This document shows positions 45,541-55,050 of a stretch of DNA of 64,000 nucleotides, one piece after another. Below the pieces are notes generated by a model. It made no database searches and was not told the origin of the DNA. It worked only from the letters and a program-made list of their open reading frames with translations. The position numbers were made by a program, and so were the translations under genes. Position 1 is the stretch's first letter; each line of letters begins with the position of its first letter. The stretch lies in the sequence record KP869102; one strand, 5' to 3'. This stretch comes from Escherichia coli O157 typing phage 4.

Positions 45541-47286
45541 TTAACGTTGTGCAATTACTACGTCTACGATATCACCAACACCACAATACGTTAATTGCAG
45601 CAAGGTAACACTGTTAGCCTTGTTGTTAATAACAGGTGTTGCCGACAGGATAGCATACTTATCGTGCAAAGTCACGTTGTGACCTACAGCATCCTGAATG
45701 ACATAGATAACTGCAGTGAATGGATAAGGTTTATCTTCAGCTGATGTCCCAGGCCACTGACCTATTGTAAAATCCCCCTTAGCGTGGACAACATACATAC
45801 TGGCCTGCCCGTTAGGTGTCCATGTCCCACTAGACGCGTCAACCTCCTCTAAATCAAAATCTACCTTTCCTGCGTGGAAAGTAGGGGCAGTAATGGTTTT
45901 ACCTGCCTCAATTTCTTGAGAGGTGGTTATCTTACCGCTGGAGTTAATGCCATTACAAACAAAGTTGACATTAGAGAAGTCTGGCAGCCACCCAGTCACT
46001 GTGCCGGATATTTCAAGGTTGTGAAGGTAGGTGGTGCCCGTACCTGCTGCGTTTAAACTAACATCCCCATTTACCTGCAAGTTTCTGGTAACGTTGCAGT
46101 TTTCAGAGTTTGCAGTTGTTGCAGTTAAAGTAGTTGTTGTCAGCTCGGTAATTATGCCTTTGTTGGCTGTAAGCCCTTCCCCTTCAAAAGTTGCACGCTC
46201 ATTGACTCTCAGGGTATTCAGAGCTATGTTTTGGATAGAGGCTGTGCCTCGAATAACTACAGACCCACCAACCTCTAAATCGCCATTTATCAATGCATCA
46301 CCCGTGCTTTCAATATAGCTAGGGTAGATCATGGTGCCATCGACAGAGTAGGTTATCCCTGTAACGGTGCCTGTCACCTCAAGGTTCTTAACCCTGGTGG
46401 TCCCATCGACCTGCAATGTCGGTTCGGTTGCTGCCTTCATGGCATTACCACGAATGTACACGTAGTCAAAAAAGTTATTACCCAGACCATCAAAATGTAC
46501 ATCGTTATTATTAGCCACTGGTTTCCCAGAAGTTATAGTGTCAGCTATAACCCTGTGGGTGGACACTTCATGAGGTTGCAGCTCTGTGCTTCTCCAGTCT
46601 GCATGCTTAGGATCGCTCCACGCAAAAGTAAGTGTAGAAGTATTTGCCGTGAGGATTAGGTTCCTGAAGCGTGCAGTAGAATCTGCTCCATTAACAGGTC
46701 CATGTAAGGTAAGGGTGCCCCCAACTATGGTGTTGGCGAGTTCTGTAAGACCTTTTACCACCAAAGACCCTACAGTAACTTTCATCCCCTCCATGGCTTC
46801 AAATATGCTATCAACATAGTCAACAACAAACTCTGTGTTTGCTATGGACTCTGACTTATCGTCCATTGGAGGTGTAGGTACTCGCGGGTCACCTTCGAAC
46901 CTTGGGCTGTTAAGTTTTGCGTAGTATTTTGCCATTACTGCAGAGTCGGTGTATAATCTCCAGTTTGGAGATTGTGAAGGATCTGCTGGCATTCTAACCG
47001 GGTTAGATTTTGATGCTGCGGGAGCGTACCACCACTGAGGGCCTGTATCCCCTTTAAACTCATACAGCTGGTTAAAAACTGTTGTGGATGCACCATACGC
47101 CCAAGGGATCGGTGGCGTTTTAAAATAAAGGGTGTCAAGCATGGCTTTTCGTACCGTAGGGATGGTGGTCCCATCCTCTACGACAACTTCATCCACAGCG
47201 TTACCGTTGACAATCAGGTGCAAACGTTCAGAATCAACAATTACTTGATCTACCGCCTGCTCAAAGCTTGTCATGTCTTGCGCCAT
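45541..47286 (-). CDS. tail fibre or tail-associated beta-helix-like protein
   Basis: 581 aa; Thr/Gly/Asn-rich repeats typical of fibre or beta-helix proteins; late-operon position. Confidence 0.6.
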   Translation of the reverse strand: MAQDMTSFEQAVDQVIVDSERLHLIVNGNAVDEVVVEDGTTIPTVRKAMLDTLYFKTPPIPWAYGASTTVFNQLYEFKGDTGPQWWYAPAASKSNPVRMPADPSQSPNWRLYTDSAVMAKYYAKLNSPRFEGDPRVPTPPMDDKSESIANTEFVVDYVDSIFEAMEGMKVTVGSLVVKGLTELANTIVGGTLTLHGPVNGADSTARFRNLILTANTSTLTFAWSDPKHADWRSTELQPHEVSTHRVIADTITSGKPVANNNDVHFDGLGNNFFDYVYIRGNAMKAATEPTLQVDGTTRVKNLEVTGTVTGITYSVDGTMIYPSYIESTGDALINGDLEVGGSVVIRGTASIQNIALNTLRVNERATFEGEGLTANKGIITELTTTTLTATTANSENCNVTRNLQVNGDVSLNAAGTGTTYLHNLEISGTVTGWLPDFSNVNFVCNGINSSGKITTSQEIEAGKTITAPTFHAGKVDFDLEEVDASSGTWTPNGQASMYVVHAKGDFTIGQWPGTSAEDKPYPFTAVIYVIQDAVGHNVTLHDKYAILSATPVINNKANSVTLLQLTYCGVGDIVDVVIAQR

Positions 47287-47295
47287 GATTTCTCC

Positions 47296-47562
47296 TTAAG
47301 CTTTTTGCTCTTCGTTTTTAACGTGGTCAGGGTGCTGGCAACCCCACCGGAGCGAGATGAATTTGCTAATAAGCTGGGGGCAAGCTACCGAAGGCGCGTA
47401 TATCCACGCATACCATTCAGGAAGCGTATCATTATACCCCATATGAATAAACACCCCAGTCATTACCGCCATGCCTATGTTCGACCATAGCTTAGATTGG
47501 GACACTTTCGTAGGGTCATCAGATGCCGCAACCAATCCCCATAAAAACTGAGTTAGTTTCAT
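47296..47562 (-). CDS. small membrane protein, holin candidate
   Basis: 88 aa; hydrophobic helix WSNIGMAVMTGVFIHM; lies between fibre genes. Confidence 0.4.
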   Translation of the reverse strand: MKLTQFLWGLVAASDDPTKVSQSKLWSNIGMAVMTGVFIHMGYNDTLPEWYAWIYAPSVACPQLISKFISLRWGCQHPDHVKNEEQKA

Positions 47563-47573
47563 TTACCCTCTTT

Positions 47574-48617
47574 TTAAGCATAAGATATAGTGATCCATTG
47601 ACCGTTTACAAGTTTTTGGATAGCACCTGTCCAGTAATCACCTTGATAAGGGTGTTTATAAGCGTAGTTACCAGAGCACATCACATGTCCAGGGTAGACT
47701 CTTGACTCTCTGTAGGTGGTTTTGAAACGGTTTGCTATCCTTACATCGTCAACCCCTCTACTAGGCATAGGGATAGTAAGGTTACCACTACCGTCTGCGC
47801 TGTTACCATTTACCCTGCGGACCACGTTTCTTCCACCAACTGTTGCATATTGGCCTCTAACGGTTTCATCGTTACAATCAACTCTTCCACCTATTTGAGC
47901 GCTTCCGCAGGATTGTTGTCCGTTAACAGTGGCTCTTGGTATCGTGACCGCATTGGCATTTGCAGAGGAACTTTTTGCATCGTTGCATTCAAGATTTCCT
48001 TGGATAGCCAGTCTTGCACGGTTGGCAGTTATAGCATTGAGCTTCATAGCCGAAAACACAGGCTGCCCACCAGAAGGCTGAAATCTCCAACGGAACCCGT
48101 CTATTTGGTGAGAAGGATCATCAAGATCTGTGCCGTCAGCACCACCAATGTTGTCCATAATCCAGAAATCCATCATCGTCTTGTCTGAGGTTATGGTGGT
48201 ATATATTGCCGCATTGTCTGTTGACGCAGATGCAAACTCGATTCTTTGAAGGCCCAAAGTTTGAGTCTGAGTCATTATGTCTCCAGACTTGTCAACATAC
48301 AGATCGTCCATTTCTTCAGGCGAGTATACATTGAGAACTTGACGTGCAGCAGCTTTGTCTGGAACGTCTGCTAGATTATTAGTAACCCTTAAGAATCTAT
48401 TATCCCATCCTGGGACAACATCTTCTGTTAGATGCTTTAACCACGCAGAAAGCATGTGAAGTTCAAAGTTAACAACTTCACATGCCACTCTTTGTGTCAT
48501 ATCCCAACCTTTCAATCTCTCTTCTTTTTTTGGTTGAGACTTATTCAACTCTCCCGTATTTTCAAGCACAACATCCTGATTGGCCCAAATATCAAGAGGG
48601 ATAACTGGTTTAGTCAT
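47574..48617 (-). CDS. tail fibre protein (paralog of 49632-50672)
   Basis: 347 aa; N-terminus MTKPVIPLDIWANQD and C-terminus QKLVNGQWITISYA shared with the paralog; C-terminus resembles P2 gpH. Confidence 0.7.
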   Translation of the reverse strand: MTKPVIPLDIWANQDVVLENTGELNKSQPKKEERLKGWDMTQRVACEVVNFELHMLSAWLKHLTEDVVPGWDNRFLRVTNNLADVPDKAAARQVLNVYSPEEMDDLYVDKSGDIMTQTQTLGLQRIEFASASTDNAAIYTTITSDKTMMDFWIMDNIGGADGTDLDDPSHQIDGFRWRFQPSGGQPVFSAMKLNAITANRARLAIQGNLECNDAKSSSANANAVTIPRATVNGQQSCGSAQIGGRVDCNDETVRGQYATVGGRNVVRRVNGNSADGSGNLTIPMPSRGVDDVRIANRFKTTYRESRVYPGHVMCSGNYAYKHPYQGDYWTGAIQKLVNGQWITISYA

Positions 48618-48706
48618 CGCGTTCTCCTGAGAAAATTCCTTAGGACTATTTTAACACTTTAGAGAACAAAATGCAAGAACGGAGTCCTTTCCGTTCTGAC
48701 CTTTGT

Positions 48707-49021
48707 TTACCTTTTACTATGCTCTACGAGCATGTGCAAAATCTTTTGTACATCAGCTCGGATACCGGAGACATCTGTCCTGACATCCTGCTTAAGGTCG
48801 TTAATATCGGCCTCTAGCTTGCTTAACCGGGTCTCGATAACGGAATCAAGTTTATCTTTTGTAACCATACTGTTTTTCACTAAGATGAGGTCTTTCTCCA
48901 GTTCATCCAACCTCTTGGAAATGCCTTTCCATTTGGTGTGCCACTGGTTGAAAGCCCATACACAGATCGGGACAACGGTACCCATGCAGATACCGTACAA
49001 TGCCGCCAAATCCAACTCCAC
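48707..49021 (-). CDS. small membrane and coiled-coil protein (holin or spanin-like candidate)
   Basis: 104 aa; N-terminal hydrophobic segment then charged coiled-coil. Confidence 0.4.
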   Translation of the reverse strand: MELDLAALYGICMGTVVPICVWAFNQWHTKWKGISKRLDELEKDLILVKNSMVTKDKLDSVIETRLSKLEADINDLKQDVRTDVSGIRADVQKILHMLVEHSKR

Positions 49022-49032
49022 AACACCTCCTC

Positions 49033-49617
49033 TTAGAGGGTAGGTCGCTCCGGGAAGAAAATGTCAGGGGCTTTAGATGTATCTATTTCAAGAAGTTTTA
49101 CCCTGTACATTTTCAAATCTCTGATGTTACGTTTCTGGTCATCAGTAAGATCATATTCAAGGTCAATCATGTCTTGATAGGCACCAATTCTAGCAGTAGC
49201 CCAAGCAAGTTCTGTCTCTATGACACCCTCTGCCTGTTGAACAAAGAATTCATTATCTGTGACAAATTCATCACCAACTAAACGCAAAGCGTCGTGGTGA
49301 AGCATAATGTTTTCTGGTACCTCTTCTTTTTTGGCGATAACCACACGAAGACCTGGAGCAGGCCATAAGGCATCAGGTTCTTCTGTAGATGTCTTAAGAA
49401 TTCCCTTCTCGTCAACAAGTAGGAAGATACAACCCGGATTTTCTTGTCGTAATGTTCGTGACTGCACATACCAATCGCCATCATCATTACGTAAAAAATA
49501 CCCAGTGTATGCGGTGTAATCCTCAACCTCTTGGGGGGTCAGCTCCTTGGTTTCCTTGTTGGCGTGGTATTCGCCAGATCCCGGTTGGTAAAGTTTAAAC
49601 TCTTGAAGTATTTTCAT
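49033..49617 (-). CDS. tail fibre assembly chaperone (Tfa/gpG-like)
   Basis: 194 aa; C-terminus YRVKLLEIDTSKAPDIFFPERP matches the conserved Tfa C-terminal motif; directly downstream of a fibre gene. Confidence 0.7.
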   Translation of the reverse strand: MKILQEFKLYQPGSGEYHANKETKELTPQEVEDYTAYTGYFLRNDDGDWYVQSRTLRQENPGCIFLLVDEKGILKTSTEEPDALWPAPGLRVVIAKKEEVPENIMLHHDALRLVGDEFVTDNEFFVQQAEGVIETELAWATARIGAYQDMIDLEYDLTDDQKRNIRDLKMYRVKLLEIDTSKAPDIFFPERPTL

Positions 49618-49631
49618 GCTAGTCCTCCGAT

Positions 49632-50672
49632 CTATGCATAATTAACAGTGATCCATTGACCATTTACAAGTTTTTGTAAAGGTCCTGCCCAGTAGGTTGA
49701 ACCACGCATCTCTTTTTTGTCACCGAAATGCCAGCCTGTGACAACGTAGCCGTTGCGAATTGGAGATTCAGAAACGCCGTCAACAAGTCTTGCACCGATT
49801 CTGATGTCTTGCACACCTGTCTGCGGGATAGTGATTGTTACATCACCGTTACCGTTAGCCGTCACTCCATTCACAGAGCGCACCACATTTCTGTTACCGA
49901 CAACACAGTGCTGACTTCTTACAACCATACTGTCACAACTTGCACCACTATTAACATACACTGACCCAGTCGTCAACTGACTAGCCACATTACAGTTGGT
50001 GAATGTTGCTGTATTGCTGATAGTAAGGTTATTACACCTCATGTTATCGACAACTTCAACATTGCCGACCACTTTCAACAGCGCACGGTTAGCCGTGATC
50101 GCGTTAAGGTACATCAAAGTGAACTCTGGATTAATATCCGGCTGAGTTGGCTGGAATCTCCAACGAAACGCATCTACTGTAGATGTACCACCATCATCAA
50201 ACGACCCGGTATTATCACTTAACCCAAAGTCGAGAGTTGTCTTATCTGGGCCAATAGTTGTCTCTATCCAAGCCTTATCTGTCTCGGCAGCTTTAAAGTT
50301 GATACGTTGCAAACCCAATGGGCCTGTCATTGTATCACCTGTAACTTTTACATACCTGGCGTCTGCCTCTTCCTTAGTAATAATCCCAAGGTTTCTACGG
50401 GCAACAGGAATGTTCAAAAGATCACTCAAGTTATTATCACGTACCAGATAACGGCCTTCTTGAGCGGGGATCTGCTCGTCAGCAATGTATTTTGCCCAAG
50501 TTCCGAGCATATTGAAAATATAGTTAAGTTCTTCACATGAGGGCTTTTGACCAAGATCCCAACCTTTTCTCCACAAATCATCAATCGGGCGTAGCCTGTT
50601 CTGTCTGTGGGTGTTAGGCAGAACCTGATCCTCCTCTGCCCAAATCTCTAATGGAAAACTAGGTTTTGACAT
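49632..50672 (-). CDS. tail fibre protein (paralog of 47574-48617)
   Basis: 346 aa; N-terminus MSKPSFPLEIWAEED and C-terminus QKLVNGQWITVNYA. Confidence 0.7.
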   Translation of the reverse strand: MSKPSFPLEIWAEEDQVLPNTHRQNRLRPIDDLWRKGWDLGQKPSCEELNYIFNMLGTWAKYIADEQIPAQEGRYLVRDNNLSDLLNIPVARRNLGIITKEEADARYVKVTGDTMTGPLGLQRINFKAAETDKAWIETTIGPDKTTLDFGLSDNTGSFDDGGTSTVDAFRWRFQPTQPDINPEFTLMYLNAITANRALLKVVGNVEVVDNMRCNNLTISNTATFTNCNVASQLTTGSVYVNSGASCDSMVVRSQHCVVGNRNVVRSVNGVTANGNGDVTITIPQTGVQDIRIGARLVDGVSESPIRNGYVVTGWHFGDKKEMRGSTYWAGPLQKLVNGQWITVNYA

Positions 50673-50684
50673 TTTATCTCCTGA

Positions 50685-52757
50685 TTATGAGAAGTCTGGC
50701 GGGACAACATCCTCTACATACCCTTTCAGAGCAACCTGCCCCATATGAAGCACGGTAGAATCTCTAGCGGTAACAGTGATGCTGTCAGACATTACTTGCG
50801 GGTATGCCCACACATACTGTTTTACCTCAGGGTATCTATACTCTATAGTTGCCATGTTTCCGCAAATACATCTCCATAAAAATTCTTGGTAATTCCTAGT
50901 TGGGTCGTAGCCATATACCGGAGCAAGCTCTTTACTAGGAACGAACCCTGCAAGGTATTGTATTTCAGACGGTTGCCAACCTAACTTAACGATAGGTATG
51001 TTTACAGACTCTTTTGCCTTTTCAATACCCCCCTGCATTACCCAATCGTAGCACTCGGTGCAGAAGAAATCAAGAGCACCTGCTTCTTTTTTATATTGGT
51101 CAGCAAGGTTCAGCTTTTGCGTAAGCTCGGTTTCCATAATGGTTGGGAAAAACAGCAGAGCTGTCATCTGAGCTGATGCAGCGTGTGCCTTTATTGCCTT
51201 TGAAATAGCCGCAATACGAGCGCCAAGCTTACCACGACAAAATGCTACATACTTGTCGTAAACACCGCCAGTTTTAGGATCGTCAATAGTCCCAATATCT
51301 AATGCATACTCACCTGTCTCATCATAAAACGCCTGCTTTGTAGGGTAATCATAAATACAAGGTCTACGAGTATCGGTATTGTACCACCACCATGGTTCAC
51401 CAACCTGCATAATCACTGGCAGGTTGTTTCTCATGGCGGCTGATGCAAAATTCTTAAATACTGCAGTAAGGAAATTCATACCCTCTTCAATGGTTGGAGA
51501 CAGGAGGTAGCTACAAGGTGTATACCCTGTTTTAGCGTAGTTATCGTTCCAGTCTCTTTGGGTCCATTCCAACGGACAGGCATCGCTGTAAAGCTCAAAA
51601 CTTACAGACTGCATAACGTCGAAGTTATGTCGTTTGGCATTGTACATAAAATCATCATGCCATTTATAAGCTGCAGCGTTTAGCGCTCCTGTTCTGTTTA
51701 TAGACCATTGGGTTCCTGACCATGTGTAGTCATAATAATGACTCATACCAACATAATGGTTTATGGTTCCGGTATAGCCCAGACGCTTGATATTGTTCAA
51801 CACCCTTAAAGGAGATACGTTCCACATATCGTCATATGCGGTGCAGATCCCAACGTCGTGCTCTTTAACCTGAATATTGTTAAGTTGCATCATTTTCCAG
51901 CCCGTGTCTGGCTGAAGCAGATCTAGGCGCAACTCACACTCTACATTTTCCGTTCTCGGGTCTGTGCTATTACTTACCCAATCTTTAGGCATAAGCGGTA
52001 TTAAAATCCTTCTCACCTGGCGAGGATCAACACCCATCATGTTGTTGTTCTGATCCATCCCGACGCAGTCCTCGAAATCAATATGAATCTCTGCAACATT
52101 CTTATCCTCTGAGATGCTGGCAGCATATTGAGCTAAAGGAACATAGATGATTGTGCCATCAACAAGGTCTACAGTCATAATCATCTTTTCAGGGGTGGAG
52201 AAGTTGCTGGCATTGGTTATTGACATTCTGAACCAAAGCTTGGTGTTTCTCATCTCATAGTGATCATCAAACCCAATACCGAAATGGTCATACTTATCAA
52301 CTGTTTCCCAAATGCACCCGGCCATACCTCCATATGTTCTTGACACTAAACGGTTAATACAACAGTTGTTATCTGCAACAATACAGGTACTTTCAGTCTG
52401 CTGAGTGGTTGTAACCCAATATCTTGGGTGAAACATTCTCTCCTCAACAGTATCCCAAGATATCCTGTCAAGATTCTCATCTGAAACTATTGTACATTTC
52501 GCCCTTTGTGTTCCAATCATTACCCCTTGGGATTTTGATGAAAACTCCATGAAGAAGCTTCGTGGCAACCTGTTGGGTAATTTGTCAACAATTTCCACGG
52601 GGATCTCAATACTGGTTGCCCCAACTGGGATAGTTATATCGCCCTCAACATGATCATAATCCCTACCAGGAACGGCAGTATCCTGAACTGTGCGGTAATG
52701 AAACCGTGCAGCCATTGTAGAGTAATCACGGTAAGGTTTAAAAACAGCTGTTGCCAT
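50685..52757 (-). CDS. tail-associated structural protein, function unknown
   Basis: 690 aa; late operon between J-like and fibre genes; Trp/Tyr-rich. Confidence 0.55.
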   Translation of the reverse strand: MATAVFKPYRDYSTMAARFHYRTVQDTAVPGRDYDHVEGDITIPVGATSIEIPVEIVDKLPNRLPRSFFMEFSSKSQGVMIGTQRAKCTIVSDENLDRISWDTVEERMFHPRYWVTTTQQTESTCIVADNNCCINRLVSRTYGGMAGCIWETVDKYDHFGIGFDDHYEMRNTKLWFRMSITNASNFSTPEKMIMTVDLVDGTIIYVPLAQYAASISEDKNVAEIHIDFEDCVGMDQNNNMMGVDPRQVRRILIPLMPKDWVSNSTDPRTENVECELRLDLLQPDTGWKMMQLNNIQVKEHDVGICTAYDDMWNVSPLRVLNNIKRLGYTGTINHYVGMSHYYDYTWSGTQWSINRTGALNAAAYKWHDDFMYNAKRHNFDVMQSVSFELYSDACPLEWTQRDWNDNYAKTGYTPCSYLLSPTIEEGMNFLTAVFKNFASAAMRNNLPVIMQVGEPWWWYNTDTRRPCIYDYPTKQAFYDETGEYALDIGTIDDPKTGGVYDKYVAFCRGKLGARIAAISKAIKAHAASAQMTALLFFPTIMETELTQKLNLADQYKKEAGALDFFCTECYDWVMQGGIEKAKESVNIPIVKLGWQPSEIQYLAGFVPSKELAPVYGYDPTRNYQEFLWRCICGNMATIEYRYPEVKQYVWAYPQVMSDSITVTARDSTVLHMGQVALKGYVEDVVPPDFS

Positions 52758-53443
52758 TAACCCTCCTGTCTAGTTGCGTTTACTGTAATACTTTCACAAT
52801 AAATGGTTGTGGTGTCCCAATCAGGTCTTACGTCAGGAACATATAGCAAAGTAGCCAGCCCACCAACTCCGAATTGGTTTTCTTCCCACACTGATCCGAA
52901 GCCAAGAGCTGTAGAGTCCCCTTCAAAACCAAAAGCTTGCCCTTGCGATTCTGTAAGACGCAAATGACAAGGCAATGGTAGCATATCTAAGATCTGATCG
53001 ATAGACTGCAATATGTCAAAGCAAGTTTTTCTAATATTTATGTCAAACCTGAAGTTGTCTCCTTTCCACGTATCGAAATTGTCTCTTCCGAACAATTGTC
53101 GCAAGGTGGAGATGACATCTTCGCGAGTCCCGCCCCTTGATGCTGCGGCCTGCTGAATAATTAGTGTGGCACGAAAATCAGCATCTGAAAGTCCATTCCT
53201 AAGAATACCAAGTTGATTACCAACTTCGTCGAGGTATCTTCCGCTGGCATTGTTAAGCAATCTTCCTTCAGCCAAACCTACCAGCATCTTATCAACATCC
53301 TCCAACCTTTTAAGGTATACGGTTAAGAATGTGACTAAATTAACCTTCTCAGCCAGAAAATCTCCAGGTAGGTAGTCAAGACCTCCCTGAACAAAATCTG
53401 GCAGAGTGTGGATGTGGTTAACATCCGACTTAATCTCTGCCAT
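52757..53443 (-). CDS. tail-associated protein, function unknown
   Basis: ORF track 228 aa; late operon. Confidence 0.5.
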   Translation of the reverse strand: MAEIKSDVNHIHTLPDFVQGGLDYLPGDFLAEKVNLVTFLTVYLKRLEDVDKMLVGLAEGRLLNNASGRYLDEVGNQLGILRNGLSDADFRATLIIQQAAASRGGTREDVISTLRQLFGRDNFDTWKGDNFRFDINIRKTCFDILQSIDQILDMLPLPCHLRLTESQGQAFGFEGDSTALGFGSVWEENQFGVGGLATLLYVPDVRPDWDTTTIYCESITVNATRQEG

Positions 53444-53454
53444 ATCTCACCGCC

Positions 53455-54945
53455 TTAAATAGTTTGTTGGAAAGTTATATTACTTTCGTCGAGGTCAAAC
53501 ACCTCGGTCATGTTCGCAACAATGTCGTTTGTGGTGTAAGCTTCATCAGAAGCTCCTACTGGTTTAACTTGAATTACCAGTCTATTAAATCTACCTATTG
53601 ACACAGCAGCAGATGCAGCACCGACCAATTGGATATTATACAACGTATCTGCAACATCCAGTCCGTTAACAACCTGCAAAAGAGCCTCTACAATGGCATC
53701 TTTTTCGGTTGTGGAAAGCGCAGCACCAGAGTAGGTAATTCTTACATCCAAGCGGTAGGTATTTGCCTTGGAGTAATAAATTCTTTCAGTTTGACCGTCA
53801 GATGTAGTGACATCGTAGAAAATATTACCATAAGTCCTGTTCGTACAGGCTATAGTTTGGTAAAGTGCTTGGCAAATGTCCTCCGTTGCACCACCAAACA
53901 CAACCACTTGGAACTTGTAAGGAGGTATACCTTTAGCATCAGTTTTATCAGTGTTGTTGGAGAACACTCTCACTTTCTCAACACCTTTCACCTCGCTTAC
54001 AGCGCTAAGGATTGCAGGACGGGTAGCCTTCGATGTTAACTGTTTTGTGCTGGAAGCTCTTAAGCGATACTCGGAATCTTTCTCAACATCCCTGCCCTCG
54101 TTGAATCTTTCTCGGTTGGTAAGCTTGATAAATCCGCTGGGAGTAGGTGACATTGTTGTCACGGTCTCTGCCTCTCTTGACAGCTCACCAGCCTCGTTAG
54201 CTATAACATCTAGGGTGATAGTTCTTTCCCCTACAATCGGGGATACTCTGAAATCTACCCTGCTATTAAGTCCAACTTGATCAAGATTAGAATTGTACCC
54301 TATCCACAACGTTCCTGTCAACATATCGATCTGAATCAGATCGTCGTTCAATAGAGTTGTATTATCGACAATGAATTGCTTAATCTCTCCGTAAAAGCTT
54401 GGCAGATCAGAAGAGTCCAGAGCCTTATCTGTTAAAACCAGACTTTTTGTTTTGATACTTCCATCTGTCTGGTTGGTAATTTGAAAGTTGTATTTCCCAA
54501 TTCTTAGATCTGGAGCGTTTATCCTGTGAGCAATAAGATTCCCTGCTACCTGCACGTCATTGCTAAGAACAAAGTTCCCACTGTCTAATGTGTAAGTTTT
54601 GGAATCGTAAATCATGTTGTACGGCACAGTTGTGTTGATCGTCAACTGGCAGGTACCTGATGATTTAGAACGGCCTCTTCGGTAAATACCCTGTCTTCCA
54701 AGAAGTTCATCTAGGTAAATACCTTCTGCCCCATACAGCGTCTGCGATGCGTATACAGATGCTGCCATAAGAATAAGTTGATACTCTCGCTCGTTGAAGA
54801 TAGTGGTCAGCTTATCTGCAACGGAGTTACTCTGTACGTTGAAGTTTTCGCCAAAAGCACGGATCAGGCTTTGCTTAGTTTCAACGATTAGGTCATTTAG
54901 GGTTGGTATAACGAAACCAGCCTCTGTCAATCCATACTTAGCCAC
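53455..54945 (-). CDS. tail-associated structural protein (weak resemblance to baseplate-J-type N-termini)
   Basis: 496 aa; N-terminal pattern GLTEAGFVIPTLNDLIVE...AFG only loosely resembles baseplate J/gp47 starts. Confidence 0.45.
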   Translation of the reverse strand: MAKYGLTEAGFVIPTLNDLIVETKQSLIRAFGENFNVQSNSVADKLTTIFNEREYQLILMAASVYASQTLYGAEGIYLDELLGRQGIYRRGRSKSSGTCQLTINTTVPYNMIYDSKTYTLDSGNFVLSNDVQVAGNLIAHRINAPDLRIGKYNFQITNQTDGSIKTKSLVLTDKALDSSDLPSFYGEIKQFIVDNTTLLNDDLIQIDMLTGTLWIGYNSNLDQVGLNSRVDFRVSPIVGERTITLDVIANEAGELSREAETVTTMSPTPSGFIKLTNRERFNEGRDVEKDSEYRLRASSTKQLTSKATRPAILSAVSEVKGVEKVRVFSNNTDKTDAKGIPPYKFQVVVFGGATEDICQALYQTIACTNRTYGNIFYDVTTSDGQTERIYYSKANTYRLDVRITYSGAALSTTEKDAIVEALLQVVNGLDVADTLYNIQLVGAASAAVSIGRFNRLVIQVKPVGASDEAYTTNDIVANMTEVFDLDESNITFQQTI

Positions 54946-55012
54946 GTCACTCCTCCGGTATGAAAATCTCTACAAGGTATTTTACCAAATTTTGTAACAA
55001 TAGTCAATCTGA

Positions 55013-55041
55013 GCATAAAAATAAACCCCGCCGAAGCGGGG
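55013..55041 (-). terminator. intrinsic terminator (CCCCGCCGAAGCGGGG hairpin)
   Basis: Same hairpin as at 28888; preceded on plus strand by an A-rich run; immediately after the 1279-aa gene stop. Confidence 0.6.
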
Positions 55042-55050
55042 CTTTAAAGG

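Noticed and set aside
53455-54945. Confident baseplate J (contractile-tail) assignment
   Set aside because: Only a loose N-terminal pattern supports it, and it conflicts with the lambda J-type non-contractile tail tip encoded nearby; downgraded to a generic tail-associated protein.
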